Origin: Limisphaerales bacterium
GTDB taxonomy: Bacteria; Verrucomicrobiota; Verrucomicrobiia; Limisphaerales; JAJOIW01
Assembly: GCA_965657355.1 (NCBI GenBank)
Contig: CBFHOE010000002.1
Span: forward strand, 96,001-160,000
DNA: 64,000 nt
Reading direction: 5' to 3'
The notes beneath the pieces were generated by a model. The model was not told the DNA's origin. It was given only the letters and a program-made list of their open reading frames with translations, and made no database searches. Made by a program: the position numbers and the translations under genes. Positions 58,749 to 64,000 of this stretch are shown piece after piece (within the stretch, counting starts at the first letter, position 1; the number at the start of each line of letters is the position of its first letter).

Positions 58749-61700
58749 ATGGGGCGACCAACAAAATACAGGAGAATAGATAAGAAAACCCATACAGGGT
58801 CAGAGAATAAATATGATGCTGAATTCAGCGTTATGCGAAAAACCTATGGAAGCCTTGCCGATCTGCGCCGAGAACTAGCTGATTCCTCCGAATCCAAAGA
58901 AGAAAGAGTCAAAATTTTGGAGAGCTTTGCGGAATGCGATGACCAGCAAAGGGCATGGCTGCTTCTCGAGGATTACTTCGAGAAACTTTCTCTATCTAGG
59001 AAAGATTTCTACATTCGCGATTGGTGGACCGATGTCATGGAGGCTAGAGGAACCAGGAGATTGGAGGAAACCGCTTTGGCATTCATGAAAGCAGACCACC
59101 CGCTCCCACCCGAGCTAATGACTTATGCCAATTTTGAAAAATTTGCTGAGCTCGAGAAAGAAGAGGCAAACGAACATCTTTCTCAATTGCTTGAAAATTG
59201 GTTATTTCCGGGACCTCAACGAAAGACGGAAATACCGAAATCCAGCCTGCGAGTCGTTTGCAACCCCGAATCAATCCAAAGCAAACCGGGCTTACACTCT
59301 TTGGGAATCCAGTTTCTGATTTTTCGTCCCAGAACTGGGGAAAAAATCCGAAGTCCGAAGGAACTTGTCGACCTCACCCAAAGAGGCTCACAAGAGCAAG
59401 AGCTGTTTATCTCTGATGATTGGAACTTCATCAAGTGGGTGGGCAAGAAAGTGTCTCAATTTGAAGATATTCCGGAGAGAATAAAGCTAAGTGGCTTGAA
59501 CTTGTTAGAATGGCTTGCCCAATGGGCCATATCTGAAAGGTTTGAGGACCCGAATACGGAGTCAACGCTTCGCTACGCAGGCAATTATGCTTCGATTGAA
59601 CCCAGGATCTCCAGGGAGCAGGACAACCTCAAAATCGGATACGATTTAATCTCGGGGCCAAATGGATTACGGACCCCCATCGAGGAGATCAAAATTTTTG
59701 AAGGCTCGCCTTATTTTGCTCTGGCTCACGGAGAATTTTTCATTCTAGAAAATCCGCCAAATGAAGACCTGATTGCTAATTTGGCCACAACACCTCATTT
59801 TGAAACGGATAAATTGAGTGACCGCTTGTTAACCCGCATGAGAACTCATTACGCGGAAAAAGATCCACTTTGGGAAGAAGTTTGTGACGCTCACCCAGCC
59901 AAGCCGCAGATGGTCTTTGAAATAGACAACGACACCATAAAAATAAGACTGAATGGAATTAGCGAAAAGGATGGATCAGAGTGGTTTTGGTCAGGTGAAA
60001 GCTGGCAAAGACAAAATTCTTTGCCAAGATCCAAAAAAGGACCAGAAATTTTATTTGATGACAGGCTACCACCCGCAGTCAAATGGCTAGAACAGCTCAA
60101 TTGCTTTTCACCGGAGCCGGGATTGTGGGTCGCAGATGCAGAGGACTACTTTCTTGAAAAATTGGCTGCTATTTGGGAATCGCGGCCAAAAGAAACAGAA
60201 TTTCTTGGAAACCCTCTGTTTCATAGGCTTTTTCTTAGATCTAACCAGATTCGCCCAAAAATTTCAGTCAAATCCACCGGCATTGATTGGTTCTCGGTGT
60301 CAACAGATTGGGAGATTGAAGGATTAAAACTCACAGCAAAAGATCTTCAAGCTCTTCAGCATGCAAATTCAAGGTTTATAAAGCTACCGGATTCGGGCTG
60401 GGTTGAGGTAGACGAGGAAAAGGTCATGACAGCTCATGAGGTCATGGCCGACATAGGGGTTGACGGACTGGCACCAAACACACAAAAAATCCATTTTGGG
60501 CAAGCCGGAAATTTGGAAATTGAGAAAATCGACACAGTTGGTGATGCAGAGAAGATACGTGATTTAAGAAAAAAAATCTCAGAATTCCAGGGTATAGAAC
60601 CCATGGAGATTCCAGATGGCATTGAAGCAACACTTCGTCCCTATCAAAAGGAAGGGTTTAGTTTTTTGGCAAACCTCTTCCAATCAGGATTAGGGGGATT
60701 ATTGGCAGATGACATGGGGCTGGGAAAAACCTTACAAACCTTGGTCGCCCTCGAATGGTTGAGGCAAAAAAATAATAAAAGTCATCGACCAAGTCTTGTC
60801 ATCTGCCCAGCGTCTGTCTTGCACAACTGGAAAAGGGAGGCAAATCGATTCGTCCCGTCGATGAAAGTCCTTTTGCTTGAGAGTGGAAAAGAAAGGCACA
60901 ACCTGCGATCCAAGATTCCTGATTACGATTTAATTGTAACAAACTATGCTTTATTAAGAAGAGACCTTCAGTCTCTCAAAAAATTCAACTTTCTGGCTGT
61001 CATATTGGATGAAGCTCAATTTATAAAAAATCCTGGGGCACAAGTGACACTTTCAGTAAAGCAACTAAGATCAAAACACCGGGTTGCCCTGACAGGCACG
61101 CCCCTAGAAAATAGAATTCTCGACCTATGGTCCATCGTAGACTTTCTTCACAAAGGTTATCTTGGTACTCAATCGCAATTCACAGATCGATATCAGGGAA
61201 ATGAAGAATCCCCAGCTTTGCAAAGAGTTTCCAGGAGGCGCCTAGCGGCCAAATTACGGCCTATCCTCATCCGTCGTTTAAAGACCCAGGTAGCCAAGGA
61301 CTTACCTGAAAGAATTGAAGAAAGAAGAGATAGTCTTCCTGGAAAAGCGCAAAAGAAACTCTACCTTGCCGAACTCAAGAGAAGTAAAGACCAGGTAAAC
61401 CAAGTTGTTTCGGAGAATGGGATCAATAAAAGTAAAATCCATGTATTGGCAGCTTTAACCAGGCTCAGGCAAATTTGTTGTCATCCAAAATTGGTAGGCA
61501 GTGATGCCGTTTCGGGTAAGACTGAGACATTTTTTGAGTTAGTCGAACCCTTATTAGATCGAGGGGAGAAGGTTTTGGTCTTCAGCCAATTTGTGAAGAT
61601 GTTAGAAATCCTGGATACCGAACTAAAAAAACGAGAAAAAACAACCTATACTTTAACGGGTGAAACTAAAAACAGACAGGACGTTGTTAAAGCATTTCAA

Positions 61701-62042
61701 GAAGACAATAACCCATCAGTCTTCCTCCTATCATTGAGAGCAGCGGGAACAGGTTTAAACCTGACAACGGCGAGTTACGTAGTCCTCTATGATCCATGGT
61801 GGAACCCAGCTGTCGAGGCACAGGCCATTGATAGAAGTCACAGAATCGGGCAAACAAAGACTGTCAACGCCTACAGGTTAATAACACCAGGGACTGTTGA
61901 GGAAAAGATTTGGGATCTTCAGCAGAAAAAATCTCAGCAAATCTCAGACATACTGGGAGAAGACAGTTTTGCTCAAGGATTAACACACGAAGACCTCGAC
62001 TATTTATTTGATGACGACGGTCTCGAAGAAATGTGGAAATAG
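58749..62042 (+). CDS. SNF2-family (DEAD/DEAH-box) helicase/ATPase
   Basis: LRPYQ.EG, LADDMGLGKT, DEAQ, LTGTPLEN, LRQIC, FSQF, GLNL, DPWWNP, QAIDR.HRIGQ. Confidence 0.95.
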   Translation: MGRPTKYRRIDKKTHTGSENKYDAEFSVMRKTYGSLADLRRELADSSESKEERVKILESFAECDDQQRAWLLLEDYFEKLSLSRKDFYIRDWWTDVMEARGTRRLEETALAFMKADHPLPPELMTYANFEKFAELEKEEANEHLSQLLENWLFPGPQRKTEIPKSSLRVVCNPESIQSKPGLHSLGIQFLIFRPRTGEKIRSPKELVDLTQRGSQEQELFISDDWNFIKWVGKKVSQFEDIPERIKLSGLNLLEWLAQWAISERFEDPNTESTLRYAGNYASIEPRISREQDNLKIGYDLISGPNGLRTPIEEIKIFEGSPYFALAHGEFFILENPPNEDLIANLATTPHFETDKLSDRLLTRMRTHYAEKDPLWEEVCDAHPAKPQMVFEIDNDTIKIRLNGISEKDGSEWFWSGESWQRQNSLPRSKKGPEILFDDRLPPAVKWLEQLNCFSPEPGLWVADAEDYFLEKLAAIWESRPKETEFLGNPLFHRLFLRSNQIRPKISVKSTGIDWFSVSTDWEIEGLKLTAKDLQALQHANSRFIKLPDSGWVEVDEEKVMTAHEVMADIGVDGLAPNTQKIHFGQAGNLEIEKIDTVGDAEKIRDLRKKISEFQGIEPMEIPDGIEATLRPYQKEGFSFLANLFQSGLGGLLADDMGLGKTLQTLVALEWLRQKNNKSHRPSLVICPASVLHNWKREANRFVPSMKVLLLESGKERHNLRSKIPDYDLIVTNYALLRRDLQSLKKFNFLAVILDEAQFIKNPGAQVTLSVKQLRSKHRVALTGTPLENRILDLWSIVDFLHKGYLGTQSQFTDRYQGNEESPALQRVSRRRLAAKLRPILIRRLKTQVAKDLPERIEERRDSLPGKAQKKLYLAELKRSKDQVNQVVSENGINKSKIHVLAALTRLRQICCHPKLVGSDAVSGKTETFFELVEPLLDRGEKVLVFSQFVKMLEILDTELKKREKTTYTLTGETKNRQDVVKAFQEDNNPSVFLLSLRAAGTGLNLTTASYVVLYDPWWNPAVEAQAIDRSHRIGQTKTVNAYRLITPGTVEEKIWDLQQKKSQQISDILGEDSFAQGLTHEDLDYLFDDDGLEEMWK

Positions 62043-62236
62043 GAGACGCGCCCCATTTTTTTAACCAAGCAGTTAGCTTAATTTTCAATCTCTAAAAGCA
62101 CCATAGTTTTGGCCATATTGTAACCTGGTCGTAGCCCTCTGCGTCAAATATTGTGGTGGCGGAATAGAATGGTTGATGATTTAAAAGCCGCATCCAGCCG
62201 CATCGACATAAAGAAATATTAATCTACACGTATAAC

Positions 62237-62935
62237 ATGAAAAAATTTACACAAACAGCTTTGGCAGTATTAATAGCAATCACACTTTTAAATCTGGAGT
62301 CATCAGCTCAACAGCGGGAACAAAGAGACCGTGAAGGGAGAAGACCAAACCGCCCTGGTTTTGGGGAGCAAAGTCAAAATGGTGAGCGAGATCCGAGGGG
62401 ACAAAGACAAGGATTTAGAGGCCCAAGACAAGGTGAAGACAGAGGGCCGGGAGCGCAAAGGCAAGGATTTGGGGGACGAGGACAAAGAGGTGGAGGAGCT
62501 GAGTTCATGAGAATGTTCCCGATAATCGTGGCACTTGATACTAATTCGGACGGAATTATTTCTGAAACAGAAATAAGTAATGCGACAGCAGCCCTTAAAA
62601 AGTTGGACAAAAACAAAGATGGAAAGCTCGATGCATCGGAGATGATGCCCAGACCGCCACAGTTTCGAGGGGGACCAAGAGGACCTGAAAGTCAAAGTAA
62701 TGGGCCTCGTCAAGGGGGACCAGGCAACTCTGAAAATAACACCAATACTTTGGTGGATAGAATAATGAAATATGATGAGAATGGTGACGGCAAGCTATCA
62801 AAAGACGAAGTAACGGGCAGGTTGAGTAGTATCTTTAATAGGGCTGATAAAAACAAAGACGGGATTGCTACCCGGGATGAATTAACAGAGGCTCTTGGCT
62901 CTGCTGGTAGACAAAGAGGGCAAAGAAATCCTTAA
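62237..62935 (+). CDS. secreted EF-hand protein with Gly/Arg/Gln-rich low-complexity segments
   Basis: Signal peptide; DTNSDGIISETE, DKNKDGKLDASE, DENGDGKLSKDE, DKNKDGIATRDE. Confidence 0.9.
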   Translation: MKKFTQTALAVLIAITLLNLESSAQQREQRDREGRRPNRPGFGEQSQNGERDPRGQRQGFRGPRQGEDRGPGAQRQGFGGRGQRGGGAEFMRMFPIIVALDTNSDGIISETEISNATAALKKLDKNKDGKLDASEMMPRPPQFRGGPRGPESQSNGPRQGGPGNSENNTNTLVDRIMKYDENGDGKLSKDEVTGRLSSIFNRADKNKDGIATRDELTEALGSAGRQRGQRNP

Positions 62936-62973
62936 TATTATTCGAGGTCATTTGAGTTAATTTTGCAAATCGC

Positions 62974-63005
62974 AATCCTCTCGACATCCCTGCGAGAGGA
63001 TTTTT
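62974..63005 (+). terminator. intrinsic terminator
   Basis: AATCCTCTCG/CGAGAGGATT stem followed by Ts. Confidence 0.75.
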
Positions 63006-63055
63006 CATGGTTTGAGTTGTTATATTGAGCCCACAAACTAATATAGAGATTTCAT

Positions 63056-64000
63056 ATGGACCTAAAATCATTTAAAAGCGCTTTTCCGATAGCTAGAGCT
63101 CAAATGGCAGCTTTAGCAATGATGCTATTTTTGACTATTTTTGTAGCTCAATCAGAAGAAATTAGAATTACGCCTGAACGATTAGGCAAAGATGATAGAA
63201 GAAACATAGTTTTTATTCTTTCTGATGATCATAGATATGATGCCATGGGATTTATGGGGCATCCATTTTTGAAAACCCCAGCGATGGATAGAATGGCTAG
63301 CGAAGGCGTCCACTTGAAAAATGCTTTCGTAACAACTTCCTTATGTTCTCCATCTCGAGCTTCCATACTCACGGGTCTATACACACACAAACATAGAGTT
63401 ATTGATAACAACAGGCTCGTGCCTGAGGGAACCAAATATTTTCCTGAATGGCTTCAAAAATCGGGATATGCTACCGCTTACGTCGGTAAGTGGCATATGG
63501 GAGGGGCCACTGACGAACCAAGACAAGGTTTTGATCATTGGGTAAGCTTTCGAGGGCAAGGGCATTATCTTCCTCCAAATCCGAAATACACACTTAACGT
63601 AAATGGGAAAAGAGTGAAGCAAAAGGGGTATATCACGGATGAATTAACCGATTACGCCGTTGACTGGTTGAAGGAACAGAATCCCAAAAAACAGCCATTC
63701 ATGTTGTATCTCTCACACAAAGCCGTGCATGCGAATTTCACACCAGCGGAAAGACACGAGGATGAATACAAGGACAGCCTTTTCAAAAAACCAGCATCTC
63801 AAGCTGATACTCAAAAAAACTATGAGGGTAAACCTCGGTGGTTAAAGGACCAGAGAAACAGCTGGCACGGTGTGGATTTCCCTTATCACAGTGAGCTAGA
63901 TGTAGAGCGCTATTACAAACGGTATTGTGAATCGCTTCTTGCGGTCGATGATTCTATTGCTCGGGTCATGAATCAATTAAAAGAGATGGGAATCTACGAT
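63056..64000 (+). CDS. Cys-type sulfatase (N-acetylglucosamine-6-sulfatase-like), 3'-truncated; absent from the ORF track
   Basis: Translated by hand: MDLKSF...RNIVFILSDDHRYDAMGFMGHP...TTSLCSPSRAS...GKWHMG; frame open to the window end. Confidence 0.92.
   Translation, partial: MDLKSFKSAFPIARAQMAALAMMLFLTIFVAQSEEIRITPERLGKDDRRNIVFILSDDHRYDAMGFMGHPFLKTPAMDRMASEGVHLKNAFVTTSLCSPSRASILTGLYTHKHRVIDNNRLVPEGTKYFPEWLQKSGYATAYVGKWHMGGATDEPRQGFDHWVSFRGQGHYLPPNPKYTLNVNGKRVKQKGYITDELTDYAVDWLKEQNPKKQPFMLYLSHKAVHANFTPAERHEDEYKDSLFKKPASQADTQKNYEGKPRWLKDQRNSWHGVDFPYHSELDVERYYKRYCESLLAVDDSIARVMNQLKEMGIYD

Noticed and set aside
58749..62042. SNF2 helicase as part of a defence island
   Set aside because: No adjacent methylase, nuclease or other defence genes; the context is ordinary chromosome
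62320..62500. GQRQGF/GPRQG quasi-repeats as a DNA repeat element
   Set aside because: Low-complexity coding segment common in PVC EF-hand proteins
141..63622. Numerous 60-145 aa antisense or overlapping ORFs in the track (e.g. 141..488, 994..1428, 11364..11687, 26557..26976, 49002..49424, 62303..62713)
   Set aside because: They are shadows of well-supported genes on the other strand or frame and carry no motifs

Overview
Chromosomal DNA, roughly 40% GC by eye, from a PVC-superphylum bacterium. It is most likely a Verrucomicrobiota member of the Pedosphaera/Limisphaera lineage, judged from DUF1501 and DUF1549/DUF1553 genes, a PVC-type CxxCH dehydrogenase, four Cys-type sulfatases, Ig-repeat surface proteins and a chlamydia-like DksA. 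About 45 CDS are present. Housekeeping genes include aspC, rph, prmA, rpsR, rpmG, dksA, folE2, galE, ispA, rpoZ, smpB and a SNF2 helicase; the rest are glycan-catabolic and surface/periplasmic genes. I saw no rRNA, tRNA, CRISPR array or mobile element. Top leads: (1) a single ORF fusing HAD phosphatase, Nudix hydrolase and FolB, which could perform three consecutive pterin steps of folate synthesis, including the usually unassigned phosphatase step, with folE2 11 kb away; (2) a ~65-aa C-terminal domain shared by two unrelated secreted Ig-domain proteins, a candidate sorting signal; (3) a TPR-AAA ATPase plus membrane TPR gene pair; (4) a LarA-family epimerase coupled to a mannonate oxidoreductase-like SDR; (5) a folE2-dksA-rpmG-rpsR block in which all four are zinc-free variants; (6) a 1666-aa protein with six ~233-aa units in an ABAB pattern. 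All calls come from reading motifs by eye; no searches were run.
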